Of a stretch of DNA of 64,000 nt, positions 26,759 through 37,058 are shown in pieces; the stretch's first letter is position 1; the number at the start of each line of letters is the position of its first letter. The notes below the pieces were generated by a model, which made no database searches, was not told where the DNA came from, and saw only the letters and a list, made by a program, of their open reading frames with translations. This DNA comes from Candidatus Latescibacterota bacterium. Its GTDB lineage: Bacteria; Latescibacterota; UBA2968; UBA8231. Made by a program: the position numbers and the translations under genes. Location: contig OZ252098.1 of assembly GCA_965248355.1 (NCBI GenBank), positions 1,120,001 through 1,184,000 of the forward strand, read 5' to 3'.

Positions 26759-28303
26759 TCAGTCCCGGCGCAGCGACAGCACCGGAGCGTAGGGACGGAG
26801 GAACGTGCGCTGCCACCAGACCCCTCGCCGCCGCTCCTCTCCGCGGCTGAAGCGATACTCGAAGAGGTGGGCGCGCAGATATCGAGGCGGGGGCCCATCG
26901 GCAAAGGGGTCGGCCGCCAGCAGCCCGAGGACGGGGCCGGATCCCTCCAGCAGGCGGGTGGCGAAGGCGCCGAACCAGGGGGCTCGCTCGAACCCGCGCA
27001 GGGCGGCGAACCACATCTGCCAGTCCAGGCGCGGCATGTGGGGGCCGGCGAAGGACGGACGGACGGTGACCTCCGTCGGCTTGTACCGGAAGCGGTAGGT
27101 ACGCCATTCGACGCCGTCCCGGCTGCCTTCGAGGACGATCTCGGGACGGGTGGTGGTCATGACCGCGAACAGCCCGTACGAGCTCGACAGATGCAGGGGT
27201 CTCAGCCACCTCTGCAGCTCGAACAAGGGTCCCGCGCGGCCCACGTCGAGCCGCAGGGTGGCTGCCAGTTGCAGGCTGCTCAGGCACAGGATGACCGCAG
27301 CCGCGGGCCAGAGCAGCCAGCGCGGCCAGCGCCGGCCGTTCCCGGTCTCCGTGCTGGCGCCGGCGAGGCGGCCGAAGGCGGCATCGTCGAGCAAGGGCAG
27401 ACAGAGGACGAGGGTCAGGAGGTTGAAGAACCCGTAGTTGCCAGTGGCCGCGATGCCCAGCTGCAGCAGGGCGAAGCCGGCCGCCGCCGCCAGCCGCCAC
27501 CGGCGCGGGCCGAATACGGCCAGGGGCAGGATCAACTCCACACCGAACAGCCACAGCGTCTCGGCCGTGTGCACGGACCCTGGCAGATGGTGGGCAAACC
27601 AGCTCGTCCACGTGGGGATGGGCTGGGTCTGGTAGTGGTGCTCCATGGCCGTCAAGCCGCGCCATGCCGGGTCTCCACTGAGGAGCTTGACCACACCCGA
27701 GGACCACATGAGCCGGAAGATCAGCCAGCGCAGAAGCCAGGTGACCGCCCTCGACGGAGGCTCGTCCCACACCCGGCGCGGCCTCCAGCCCAGGGGCGCC
27801 CACAGCACGGCCAGCACGCCCGCCTCCAGCAGCAGCACGTCCCACTGGTACGACAGGAACTGCTGGCCGGCCACGTACACCGACAGGTAGGCCAGCCAGC
27901 ACGAAGCGAGGGCCGGAGCCGGCGCGATACCGGCGAGAGCCAGCAGCGCCGCGGCGCAACCCGCGGCGCACAGCGCGTGCAGGGCCGGGTCCCCGGCGTC
28001 GAGCCACAGCACCGTGGGCAGGTGCCACCAGGCCGCGGACCCGAGTTGCTCCCGGGCCCATCGCAGATGATCGGCCACCGGCAGGATGCCGCGCGATCCC
28101 ACCAGCCCCTCCGCCTGGCTCCAGAAGGAGGCGAAGGCCACCAGGTAGACGAGACCCAGGCCGCGCACGAAGCAGGCTCGGGGCACCAGGACCCGCCTGG
28201 TCGCCCCGGGCTCGGCGGGCCTTTCCGACCTGTTCTCGATGGACGCCTCGGGCACTCGCTCTCCACCTCGTTCCCGGTCGTTCCCGATACCGTATTGCAT
28301 CAT
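26759..28303 (-). CDS. Lipase maturation factor (LMF) family membrane protein
   Basis: QFLSYQWDVLLLEAG, HYQTQPIP, TGNYGFFNLL, YGLFAVMTTTRPE, PHMPRLDWQMWFAA. Confidence 0.9.
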   Translation of the reverse strand: MMQYGIGNDRERGGERVPEASIENRSERPAEPGATRRVLVPRACFVRGLGLVYLVAFASFWSQAEGLVGSRGILPVADHLRWAREQLGSAAWWHLPTVLWLDAGDPALHALCAAGCAAALLALAGIAPAPALASCWLAYLSVYVAGQQFLSYQWDVLLLEAGVLAVLWAPLGWRPRRVWDEPPSRAVTWLLRWLIFRLMWSSGVVKLLSGDPAWRGLTAMEHHYQTQPIPTWTSWFAHHLPGSVHTAETLWLFGVELILPLAVFGPRRWRLAAAAGFALLQLGIAATGNYGFFNLLTLVLCLPLLDDAAFGRLAGASTETGNGRRWPRWLLWPAAAVILCLSSLQLAATLRLDVGRAGPLFELQRWLRPLHLSSSYGLFAVMTTTRPEIVLEGSRDGVEWRTYRFRYKPTEVTVRPSFAGPHMPRLDWQMWFAALRGFERAPWFGAFATRLLEGSGPVLGLLAADPFADGPPPRYLRAHLFEYRFSRGEERRRGVWWQRTFLRPYAPVLSLRRD

Positions 28304-28468
28304 GGCCCGGCGCTCCAGGCCGTCGCAACGGACGGGGTCAGATGCTTCGCGCGGGCCGGTGGCGCCGTGCAGTCGCCGCCGGCCCGCGCCGTCTTGACCC
28401 TCCTCCCGGCCCCCCGTAGCCTACCGTCTTCTCCAGGGATTCCCTCCCCGACCCGATCCGAGGCATCC

Positions 28469-29860
28469 ATGACGCCGCGCAAGAAGCCGTTGAACCTCGT
28501 CCTCCTCGGTGTGGACAGCCTGCGGGCCGACCACATGAGCTGTTACGGGTACAGCCGGCAGACGACGCCGCACATCGACCACCTGGCCGGCCAGGGGGTG
28601 CTGTTCGAGCGGAACTACGCGCCCCACATCCCGACGACCTCGGCCTACGCCTCCATGCTGAGCGGTCTCGACGCCTTCTCCACCACCGTCGTCGCCCTGC
28701 GCCACAAGGGAGGTCTGCCCGACCGCGTGACCACCCTCCCGGAGATTCTGGGAGAGGCCGGATACGACACCAGCTGCGTCGGCTTCAGCGGCAACCCGAG
28801 CTCGCGAGGTTTCGACACCTACCTCGACTACCCGGGCTGGGGCCGCTGGAGCGAGGGCCGCAGCCCGAAGGCGGATCGGCTCAACGACGTGGCCGTGCCG
28901 GAGCTCGAGCGCCTGGCGGCGGGAGACAGGCCCTTCTTCCTGTTCCTGCGCCACATGGACCCCCATGCCCCCTATCTGCCGCCGGCGCCCTTCGAGCGCA
29001 TGTTCTACTCGGGCGACGAGCGCGACCCGGCCAACCGGTCCATGGAGCCGGTCATGGGCTTCAAGCCATTCTGCGACTTCTTCGCCGAGTGGATGCCCCC
29101 GGGGATCACCGACGCCGAGTACGTCACCGCCCAGTACGACGGCGCCCTGGCCTACATGGACGCCAGCATGCAGCGGCTCCTGACCCGCATCGACGAGCTC
29201 GGCCTGCGCGACGACACCCTCGTCGTCCTCAACGGCGACCACGGGGAGACACTCTACGAGCACGAGTGCTGGTTCGACCACCACGGCCTCTACGAGAACA
29301 CCCTCCACGTGCCGCTGATCCTGCGTCTTCCCGGACGACTGCCCGAGGGACGCCGTGTCGCCGGCTACAGCCGGCACCAGGACCTGGCGCCCACGATCCT
29401 GCAGCTGCTGCAGATGCGCGGCGCGAAGATCGACTTCGACGGCAGCTCCCTGCTGCCGCTGGTCGACGGCCGGCGGGCGAGCAACGCCTCCGAGTTCTAC
29501 ATCACCGAGTGCACGTGGATGCGCAAGCACGGCTGGCGCACGCCGCAGTGGAAGCTGATCCTGGCCCTGGAGCCGGACTTCCACTTCAAGCCCGAGGTCG
29601 AGCTCTACAACCTCGTCGAAGACCCCCGGGAGTTGAGGAACCTGGCGGATCGGGAACCGGGTGTGGCGGCCCTCCTGCGGGAGCGGCTCGAGAGTTGGGT
29701 GACCCGGCGCGAGGCGGAGACGGGGCGTGTGAACCCCATGTACACCAACCTCGACTGGCACGGTTCCAAGACCCATCAGGGGCCCTTCACCTCATCGCAA
29801 CAGGCCTACGACACCCTCCACATCGGCTCGGTGGGAGCCGCCGACCGGCTCCAGCGCTAG
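28469..29860 (+). CDS. Sulfatase-like hydrolase (alkaline phosphatase superfamily)
   Basis: DSLRADH..YGY..TTPHID, MDPHAPY, GDHGE, DHHGLY, VPLI, ELYNLVEDP; lacks the C/S-x-P-x-R motif. Confidence 0.85.
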   Translation: MTPRKKPLNLVLLGVDSLRADHMSCYGYSRQTTPHIDHLAGQGVLFERNYAPHIPTTSAYASMLSGLDAFSTTVVALRHKGGLPDRVTTLPEILGEAGYDTSCVGFSGNPSSRGFDTYLDYPGWGRWSEGRSPKADRLNDVAVPELERLAAGDRPFFLFLRHMDPHAPYLPPAPFERMFYSGDERDPANRSMEPVMGFKPFCDFFAEWMPPGITDAEYVTAQYDGALAYMDASMQRLLTRIDELGLRDDTLVVLNGDHGETLYEHECWFDHHGLYENTLHVPLILRLPGRLPEGRRVAGYSRHQDLAPTILQLLQMRGAKIDFDGSSLLPLVDGRRASNASEFYITECTWMRKHGWRTPQWKLILALEPDFHFKPEVELYNLVEDPRELRNLADREPGVAALLRERLESWVTRREAETGRVNPMYTNLDWHGSKTHQGPFTSSQQAYDTLHIGSVGAADRLQR

Positions 29861-29876
29861 TCGCCGGCGCTCCCCG

Positions 29877-31040
29877 TCAGTCCGGCCGGACCGCCTCGAA
29901 GGCCCAGTCGAGCCAGGGGGTCAGGGCCTCGATGTCGGAGGCCTCCATGGTCGGACCGCCCCAGATGCGCAGGCCGGGCGGTGCGTCGCGATAGGAGCCG
30001 ATGTCGTAGGCCGCCCCCTCCTTCTCCAGAGTCCGCGCCAGATCCTTCGCCCGGGCCGCCTGTTCCCCGGAGGGCCGGGCCGCCCAGGCACCGTCGACGA
30101 TGAGGAGGCAGATGGAGGTGGTGGACCGGATCCGGGGCCGGGCGGCGAGGAAGTCGATCCAGTCCCGCCCCGCGGTCCAGGCCTCCAAGACCGCCAGGTT
30201 GGCCCGGGAGCGCCGCACCAACTCGGGCAGACCGCCGATCGATTCCGCCCAGAGCAGCCCGTCGATGGCGTCCTCCACGCACAGCATGGACGGCGTGTTG
30301 ATGGTGCGGCCCTCGAAGAGCCCCTCGTCGAGGGCCCCGGCGGCGGTCATGCGGAACAGCTTCGGAAGCGGCCACGGGGGCGTGTAGGAGATCAGCCGTT
30401 CCACCGCCCGCGGACCGAGAACCAGCATGCCGTGGGCGGCCTCTCCCCCCATCGCCTTCTGCCAGGACCAGGTGACGACGTCGAGCTTGCCCCAGGGAAG
30501 GTCCATGGCGAAGACCGCCGAGGTGGCGTCGCAGATCGTCAGGCCCCGGCGGTCGGCGTCGATCCAGCCGGCGTCGGGCACGCAGACCCCCGACGTCGTG
30601 CCGTTCCAGGTAAAGACCACGTCGCGGTCCCCGTCCACTTGGCCCAGGTCGGGCAGCTCGCCATAGTCGGCGAGGAGGGGGCGCACGTCGGACAGAGGCA
30701 GCTGGCGGGTCAGCTCCGCGACCCATCCCCGGCCGAAGCTCTCCCAGGCCGGCACGTCGACCCCCCTGGGGCCGAGGAGCGACCAGAGGGCCATCTCCAC
30801 GGCGCCCGTGTCCGAAGCGGGGACCACGGCGATGCGGTGGTCGGCGGGAACGCCGAGAACGGTCCGCGTGCGCTCGATGACCTCGCGCAGCCGCGCCTCA
30901 CCGGCCGCCCCCCGGTGGGAGCGGCCCACGAGAGCGCCCCCCAGGGCCTCGAGGGACCACCCCGGACGCTTGGCGCAAGGCCCGGAGGAGAAGCACGGGT
31001 TGCCCGGCCGTCCCGCGGGCCTCGGCCGGTCAGTCGACAT
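29877..31040 (-). CDS. serC: Phosphoserine aminotransferase (Methanosarcina/alphaproteobacterial type)
   Basis: [60 protein letters not shown]. Confidence 0.93.
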   Translation of the reverse strand: MSTDRPRPAGRPGNPCFSSGPCAKRPGWSLEALGGALVGRSHRGAAGEARLREVIERTRTVLGVPADHRIAVVPASDTGAVEMALWSLLGPRGVDVPAWESFGRGWVAELTRQLPLSDVRPLLADYGELPDLGQVDGDRDVVFTWNGTTSGVCVPDAGWIDADRRGLTICDATSAVFAMDLPWGKLDVVTWSWQKAMGGEAAHGMLVLGPRAVERLISYTPPWPLPKLFRMTAAGALDEGLFEGRTINTPSMLCVEDAIDGLLWAESIGGLPELVRRSRANLAVLEAWTAGRDWIDFLAARPRIRSTTSICLLIVDGAWAARPSGEQAARAKDLARTLEKEGAAYDIGSYRDAPPGLRIWGGPTMEASDIEALTPWLDWAFEAVRPD

Positions 31041-31377
31041 GGTCCTTCAGGTCGAAGACGCACTCCATGAAGGCCCACCACTCCCCCTCCCCGGCCTCCG
31101 GCACCCGCTCCTGGAAGGTGCGCATCAGCTCGTCCCACTCGGCCGCCTTCGGGTTCCGCTCCACGTAGCGAGCGAAGTCGCGGGCGGGGTCGAAGTCGTC
31201 GGTGGTCGTCATGTGCATGAACATGCGCCGGCCGAGCAGGTAGATGCGCATGCCTTCGATGCCGACCTCCTTCAACCCCTGCAGCGGCTCGGGCCACGGG
31301 TGGCGGTGGTGCTCCTTGTAGCGCTCGATGATCTCCGGATCGTCCTTCAGGTTCAGGGTCAGCGCGTAGTGTTTCAT
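31030..31377 (-). CDS. L-rhamnose mutarotase (RhaM/DUF718)-family protein
   Basis: [53 protein letters not shown] at 31377 overlapping the glcF stop. Confidence 0.8.
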   Translation of the reverse strand: MKHYALTLNLKDDPEIIERYKEHHRHPWPEPLQGLKEVGIEGMRIYLLGRRMFMHMTTTDDFDPARDFARYVERNPKAAEWDELMRTFQERVPEAGEGEWWAFMECVFDLKDHVD

Positions 31378-32711
31378 CCCTCCGTCTCCTCTGCGCGATA
31401 GGCCGCCGCCAGCAGGGACACGGGGTGCTCGACCCGGACTTCCCGCCCCCGCCGGCGCAGGCCGACTTCGATCTGCACGACGCATCCCGGGTTGCCGGTG
31501 GCCACCACCTCGGCGCCGGTGGCGTCCAGGTGTCCCAGCTTGCGCTCCAGCAGCGCCGCCGACATCTCCGGCTGCGTGATGTTGTAGATCCCGGCCGAGC
31601 CGCAGCACCAGTCGGCCTCGGTCAGCTCCACCAGCTCCAGGCCCGGGATCGCGGCCAGGATCTGCCGCGGGGCCTGGCTCACCCCCTGGCCGTGCTTCAG
31701 GTGACAGGACTCGTGATAGGTCGCGCGCAGGGCGCCGCCCTCGGCGCCGCGCAGACCCGCCCGGGGCGGTCTCGGTCCGGCCTCGACGAGCAGCTCGTGC
31801 ACGTCCCGGACCTTGCGGGACCACTCGCCCGCCCGGCTCCGGTAGGCGCCGTCGTCGGCCAGGAGCCGGTCGTAGTGCTTCACGTGGGAGCCGCAGCCCC
31901 CGGCGTTGACGACGACGGCGTCGAGGCGGTCCAGGTCGAAGGCATCCAGGTTGGCGCGGGCCAGCCGCCGGGCCGCCTCGACCTCGCCGTTGTGGCCGTG
32001 CAGGGAGCCGCAGCACTCCTGTCCCGGCGGCAGCTCGACCTGAAAGCCGTTGGCCTGCAGGACCTCGATCGTGTCGGCGTTGACGTGGGCGAAGGCGATA
32101 TCCTGCACGCAGCCGCTGATCAGGCCGACCCGGCGCGATGCCGCCGTCGGATTGCGGGCGGCGTACCGGGCCTCGAACAACTGGTGCGTGAACCGGGGGC
32201 TGACGCGCGGCGTCAGCGACTCCAACTCGCGGAGACGCCTGGGGGCCAGCCGCAGCAGCCCGAGGCGGTGAATGGCCTGCTCCAGGCCGCAGCGCTGGTA
32301 CAGACGGAGGAGACGGCCGAGAACGTGCAGCCGGCGCCTGGAGGTGAACAGCCACCGGAGCATGAGGCCGCGGATCGCCGAGCGCCCGGGCGCGGCCAGG
32401 ACGCCGCTGCGCTCGACCTCGGCCCGGGCCGTCTCGATCAGCTGCGCATAGTCGACTCCGGCGGGACAGGCGGTCTGGCAGGCCAGGCAGCCGAGACAGA
32501 AGTACATCTCGTCGCCGAAGGCCTCGCTCACCTCCAGCCGGCCTTCGGCGACGGCCCGCATCATGGCGATGCGCCCCCTGGGCGAGGAGCGCTCCTTCAG
32601 GGTCGCGTCGTAGGTCGGGCAGGTGGGCAGGCACAAGCCGCAGTGCATGCACTGCTGAAGGACGGAGAAATCGAGATTCTGGAGCAGGTTGGGATCGGAG
32701 GAGGGGTTCAA
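31374..32711 (-). CDS. glcF: Glycolate oxidase iron-sulfur subunit-like protein
   Basis: CMHCGLCLPTCP, SPRGR, CLGCLACQTACP, two CCG domains (ECCGS, WCCGSAGIYN). Confidence 0.88.
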   Translation of the reverse strand: MNPSSDPNLLQNLDFSVLQQCMHCGLCLPTCPTYDATLKERSSPRGRIAMMRAVAEGRLEVSEAFGDEMYFCLGCLACQTACPAGVDYAQLIETARAEVERSGVLAAPGRSAIRGLMLRWLFTSRRRLHVLGRLLRLYQRCGLEQAIHRLGLLRLAPRRLRELESLTPRVSPRFTHQLFEARYAARNPTAASRRVGLISGCVQDIAFAHVNADTIEVLQANGFQVELPPGQECCGSLHGHNGEVEAARRLARANLDAFDLDRLDAVVVNAGGCGSHVKHYDRLLADDGAYRSRAGEWSRKVRDVHELLVEAGPRPPRAGLRGAEGGALRATYHESCHLKHGQGVSQAPRQILAAIPGLELVELTEADWCCGSAGIYNITQPEMSAALLERKLGHLDATGAEVVATGNPGCVVQIEVGLRRRGREVRVEHPVSLLAAAYRAEETEG

Positions 32712-32714
32712 GGA

Positions 32715-34103
32715 TCAGTCGAAGATCTTGCCGGGATTGAGGAGGCCCGCCGGGTCGAAGGCGGCCTTCAGCCGGCGCATCGCCTCCAGGGGCACGGCGC
32801 CGACCGCGTCCGGCAGGAAGGGCTTCTTGGCCAGCCCCACGCCGTGCTCCCCCGTGATCGTGCCTCCCATGGCCACGGCGGCCTCGAAGACCTCCTTCAT
32901 CGCCGCCTCGACGCGCTCCATGACCGCGGCGTCGCGCTCGTCGGCCAGGAAGGTGGGATGGAGGTTGCCGTCGCCCATGTGGCCGAAGGTGCCGACGGTC
33001 ACCTCGTGGGCGCCGGCGATGCGCTGGATCTCGGCGACCATCCGGGCCAGCTCGCTGCGGGGCACGGTGATGTCCTCGAGGATCACCGTGGGGGCCCGCC
33101 GCGCCAGGGCGCTGAAGGCCGTCCTCCGGGCGCTCGCCAACTGCGCCGCCTCCGCCGCCGAGGCCGCCCGGCGGACCTCTCGGGCCCCGTGGCCGCGGGC
33201 GATCTCCTCGACCCGGACGGCCTGCTCCTCCACCTCGGCCGGGTGGCCGTCGACCTCCATGAGGGTCACCGCCTCCACGTCGGTGGGCAGCCCGATGCGG
33301 GCGTAAGCCTCGACGCACTCCACCGTCGTCCGGTCGAGGAACTCCAGGGTGCAGGGGATGATGCGGGCGCGGATGAGGGCGGAAATCGTCTCGGCGGCGT
33401 CGGTCATGCGGTCGAACAGTCCCAGGAGCGTGGCCCGGGCCGCCGGGGCCGGGATCAGCTTGAGGGTGATGCGGGTGATGATCCCCAGGCTCCCCTCGGA
33501 GCCGATGAACAGGTCGCGCAGGGAGAAGCCGGCCACGTCCTTGACGCACTTGGTGCCCGTCTCCAGCACGGTGCCGTCGGCGAGCACCACCTGCAGGGCC
33601 ATCACGTAGTCGCGGGTGACGCCGTACTTCAGCCCCCGCAGGCCGCCGGAGTTGTTGGCCACGTTGCCGCCGATGGTGGAGATCTTGATCGACCCGGGAT
33701 CGGGCGGGTAGAACAGGCCGGCGGCGGCGGCCTCGTCGGCCACCCGCTGGGTGAGCACGCCGGGCTCGACGACCATGGCCAGGTTCGCCGCGTCGACCTC
33801 GAGGATGCGGTCGAGCTTCACCAGGCACAGCACCAGGCTGCCCTCGGAGGGGACGGAACCGCCGGCCAGCCCGGTGCCGGAGCCGCGGGTGACCACCGGC
33901 ACGCCGTGGCGGCTGGCCAGGGCGACCACCTCGGCCACCTGCTCCACTCGCTCGGGCAGGACGACGCAGGCCGGCGGCTGGTTCAGCAGGGCGGTGCCGT
34001 CGAAGGCGTACACGCCCAACTCCTCGGGCTCGGTCAGCACGGCGCCATCGCCGGCGACCCCCCGCAGGGCGGCGACGAAGGCGGGATCGTCCGCCGCGGT
34101 CAC
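32715..34103 (-). CDS. glcD: FAD-linked 2-hydroxyacid dehydrogenase, GlcD family
   Basis: RGSGTGLAGG, YPPDPGS, TIGGNVANNSGG, KYGVTRDYV, GSEG, GHMGDGNLHP, GEHGVG, LNPGKIF; GTG start at 34103. Confidence 0.9.
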   Translation of the reverse strand: MTAADDPAFVAALRGVAGDGAVLTEPEELGVYAFDGTALLNQPPACVVLPERVEQVAEVVALASRHGVPVVTRGSGTGLAGGSVPSEGSLVLCLVKLDRILEVDAANLAMVVEPGVLTQRVADEAAAAGLFYPPDPGSIKISTIGGNVANNSGGLRGLKYGVTRDYVMALQVVLADGTVLETGTKCVKDVAGFSLRDLFIGSEGSLGIITRITLKLIPAPAARATLLGLFDRMTDAAETISALIRARIIPCTLEFLDRTTVECVEAYARIGLPTDVEAVTLMEVDGHPAEVEEQAVRVEEIARGHGAREVRRAASAAEAAQLASARRTAFSALARRAPTVILEDITVPRSELARMVAEIQRIAGAHEVTVGTFGHMGDGNLHPTFLADERDAAVMERVEAAMKEVFEAAVAMGGTITGEHGVGLAKKPFLPDAVGAVPLEAMRRLKAAFDPAGLLNPGKIFD

Positions 34104-34774
34104 AGGTGCTCGCAGCGGTTCAGGTAGCGGACCACGCTGCCATCGGCGTCGAGGTGGAACCGGCTGATGGCCGTGTTCTCGTGCTCGTAGGAGAGACCCT
34201 GGCTGGGCAGCTGGTCGCCGAGGGCCTTGACCAGTCCGCTCATGAAGTCGCCGTGGGTGACGATGGCCAGGCGCTCGCGCCCACTCTCCGCCCCCTGCCG
34301 GGCCCGCTCCCTGAGCTCCTGGGCCACGGCCATGGCGCGGCCCCTCCCGGCGTGCTTCGTCTCCTGCCCGCCCGACCACCAGCCCTTCTCTCCGATCCCA
34401 TCGGGCAGCCCGACGCCGGGAAAGCCGCTGCGGATCTCCCCACGGGTCATCCCGTGCAGGTCCCCCTTGCCGGCCTGCCAGATGCCGCCGACCTCGTGGA
34501 TGTCGACCCAGACCTCGGCGGCGGCGCCGAGAGCGCCGGCGATGGGCCGGGCCGTCTGCAGGGCCCGCAGCATGGGGCTGCAGTAGAGGCTGTCGAGGCC
34601 GGGGCGGCCGTCCCGCTCCGAGGGATCGAGGTGGCCGCCGCGGGCCAGGTGCGAAGCCACCCGCCTGGCCTGCTCCTCTCCCAAGCCGGTCAGGGGCGGA
34701 TCGGAAACCCGTTGAGAGCTGTCCTCCAGGGCGTTGTTGTACGACTCTCCGTGACGAATGAAGAACAGATCCAT
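34100..34774 (-). CDS. Histidine phosphatase (phosphoglycerate mutase superfamily)
   Basis: FIRHGES, SPMLRALQTA, VTHGDF, YLNRCEHL. Confidence 0.9.
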   Translation of the reverse strand: MDLFFIRHGESYNNALEDSSQRVSDPPLTGLGEEQARRVASHLARGGHLDPSERDGRPGLDSLYCSPMLRALQTARPIAGALGAAAEVWVDIHEVGGIWQAGKGDLHGMTRGEIRSGFPGVGLPDGIGEKGWWSGGQETKHAGRGRAMAVAQELRERARQGAESGRERLAIVTHGDFMSGLVKALGDQLPSQGLSYEHENTAISRFHLDADGSVVRYLNRCEHL

Positions 34775-34919
34775 CGCTTGCCAATCACCAGATGTCGGGC
34801 TGGGATGCCGGCGGCGGCCCGGTTGCCTGACTCGCGGCGGGCGCCGTAGGTTACGCGCCTTTCCTCCACCCGAAGGAGCTTCGGCCGAAGGCCGGGAGGC
34901 CGCGCGCCGACTCGAACTC

Positions 34920-36434
34920 ATGAACATAACCGTTCGTCAGGACGAGATACAGAAGACGCCGAACGAGGCCATCGTCGTCAACCTGTTCCAGGGCGCGAGG
35001 CCCGGCGGGGCCACCGCCGCCGTCGACGCCGAGCTCGGAGGCCTCATCGGCCGGGTCGTCGACAGCGGCGACTTCACGGGAGCGAAGAACCGCACCCTGA
35101 TGCTCTATCCCGAAGCCGGCCGCCTCCCGGCGCGCCGGGTGCTGCTGGTGGGACTGGGCCCGCAGAAGAAGTTCGACCTGGAGACGGCCCGCCAGGTCGC
35201 CGGCACGGCTGCCCGGCGCCTGCAGAACCTGGGCGTGGAGAAGGCGGCCACCGTCCTCCACGGCGCCGGAGCCGGGGGCCTGGAGGCCGAGGCGGCGGCC
35301 CAGGCCGTGGCCGAGGCCAGCGTCCTGGCCTGCTACCGCTTCGACGAGTACAAGTCGAAGGCGGAGGAGGCCACCCGGCTGCGCCAACTGACGGTCGTCG
35401 AGTTCGACGGCCGCCGGCTGGCGGCGATCCGGCGCGGGGTGCGCATGGGGCGCTGGATCGCCGAAGGCACCTGCCTGGCCCGCGACCTGGTCAACCACCC
35501 CGGCAACACCGCGACACCCGCTTTCCTGGCCCGCCGGGCGCGGTCGCTGGCGCGCCGGCACGACGGCCTGCGCTGCCGGGTCCTCGACGAGGCGGCCATG
35601 CGCAAGGAAGGCATGGGCGCCCTGCTCGGAGTCTCCGCGGGCAGCGCCGAGCCGGCCAAGCTCATCCTCCTCGAGCACGGGCTGAGCCCCCGCCGTCGCA
35701 CTGGACGGAAGAAGCCCCTCGTCTTCGTCGGCAAGGGCGTCACCTTCGACTCCGGCGGCATCTCCATCAAGCCGGGCGCCGGCATGGCCGACATGAAGAT
35801 GGACATGTCCGGCGCCGCCGCCGTGATCGGCGCCATGCAGGTGGTGGCCCAGGCGGGCCTCGAGCAGCCCGTGGTCGGCATCGTCCCGGCCACCGAGAAC
35901 CTGCTCGACGGGAAGGCCTACAAGCCGGGGGACGTGCTCACCTCAATGGCGGGAAAGACGATCGAGATCGACAACACCGACGCCGAGGGCCGCCTGATCC
36001 TGGCCGACGCCCTGTCCTACGCGCAGCGCTACGAGCCGGCGGCGATCGTCGATCTGGCCACCCTCACCGGCGCCTGCGTCGTCGCCCTCGGATCCCACGC
36101 CAGCGGGCTGATGGGCAACGACGACGGCCTGGCGGCCCGGGTCGAAGCGGCGGCCGCGGCGACGGCCGAGAGGGTCTGGCGCCTGCCCCTGTGGCCGGAG
36201 TACCGGGATCAGATCAAGAGCCAGGTGGCCGACATGAAGAACACGGGCGGACGGGATGGGGGCGCGATCACCGCCGCGGCCCTGCTGGCCGAGTTCGCCG
36301 GCGACACGCCCTGGGTTCACCTCGACATCGCCGGAACCGCCTGGACGGACAGGGCCCGGCCGTACGTGCCCAGGGGCGGCGTCGGCGTCGGCGTCCGCCT
36401 CCTGGTCGAGCTGGCCCGCCGGAGCCCGAAGTGA
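34920..36434 (+). CDS. pepA: Leucyl aminopeptidase (M17)
   Basis: VGKGVTFDSGGISIKP, MKMDMSGAA, NTDAEGRL, ATLTGA, HLDIAG. Confidence 0.95.
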   Translation: MNITVRQDEIQKTPNEAIVVNLFQGARPGGATAAVDAELGGLIGRVVDSGDFTGAKNRTLMLYPEAGRLPARRVLLVGLGPQKKFDLETARQVAGTAARRLQNLGVEKAATVLHGAGAGGLEAEAAAQAVAEASVLACYRFDEYKSKAEEATRLRQLTVVEFDGRRLAAIRRGVRMGRWIAEGTCLARDLVNHPGNTATPAFLARRARSLARRHDGLRCRVLDEAAMRKEGMGALLGVSAGSAEPAKLILLEHGLSPRRRTGRKKPLVFVGKGVTFDSGGISIKPGAGMADMKMDMSGAAAVIGAMQVVAQAGLEQPVVGIVPATENLLDGKAYKPGDVLTSMAGKTIEIDNTDAEGRLILADALSYAQRYEPAAIVDLATLTGACVVALGSHASGLMGNDDGLAARVEAAAAATAERVWRLPLWPEYRDQIKSQVADMKNTGGRDGGAITAAALLAEFAGDTPWVHLDIAGTAWTDRARPYVPRGGVGVGVRLLVELARRSPK

Positions 36435-36489
36435 CGGCCCCCGGCCCCCGGGCCGGGGAGGTCCGCGGCCTTTCCGGGGCCGCCGGCGC

Positions 36490-37023
36490 ATGATCCTCTC
36501 CGATGCCAGCCTGCGGCAGCTGCTGGCCTCGGGGAAGCTGAGCATCGATCCTCTCGACGACGACCAGATCCAGCCCGCCTCGGTCGACCTGCGGCTCTCC
36601 GACCACTTCCTCAAGGTCGACGAGAACCGCCTGGAGGCGATCCGCCTGGACACGGAGGTGCCCTACGAGGAACTGACCCAGAGCCGGATCGTCATCCCCC
36701 CGCACTCCTTCCTGCTGGCCACGACCCGCGAGCGCATCCGGCTGCCCGACGACGTGACCGCCTTCGTCGAAGGCCGCAGCTCCATCGGCCGCATCGGCCT
36801 CTTCATCCAGAACGCGGGCTGGGTCGACCCCGGGTTCCAGGGGACCCTGACCCTCGAGCTGTTCAACGCCAACCGCCTGCCCATCCGCCTGCAGGAGGGC
36901 CGCCGGATCTGCCAGCTGGTCTTCGCCCGCATGGACCGCGCCGCCTCTCGTCCCTACGACGGCAAGTATCAGAACCAGACGCGGGCCACGGGCAGCCGCA
37001 TCCGCCTCGACCCGGATCGCTGA
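36490..37023 (+). CDS. dcd: dCTP deaminase
   Basis: MILSD, IQPASVDLRL, EGRSSIGRIGL, AGWVDPGFQGTLTLE, RICQL, YDGKYQNQ. Confidence 0.93.
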   Translation: MILSDASLRQLLASGKLSIDPLDDDQIQPASVDLRLSDHFLKVDENRLEAIRLDTEVPYEELTQSRIVIPPHSFLLATTRERIRLPDDVTAFVEGRSSIGRIGLFIQNAGWVDPGFQGTLTLELFNANRLPIRLQEGRRICQLVFARMDRAASRPYDGKYQNQTRATGSRIRLDPDR

Positions 37024-37058
37024 AGGCCGGAGCCGCGTCACCACTTCCCCGCGGCCAT

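Noticed and set aside
26867..28468. Long N-terminal extensions on the sulfatase ORF (also on the glcD, udg, coaBC, Omp85 and mutarotase ORFs)
   Set aside because: They overlap other real genes; recognisable domains begin at downstream starts.
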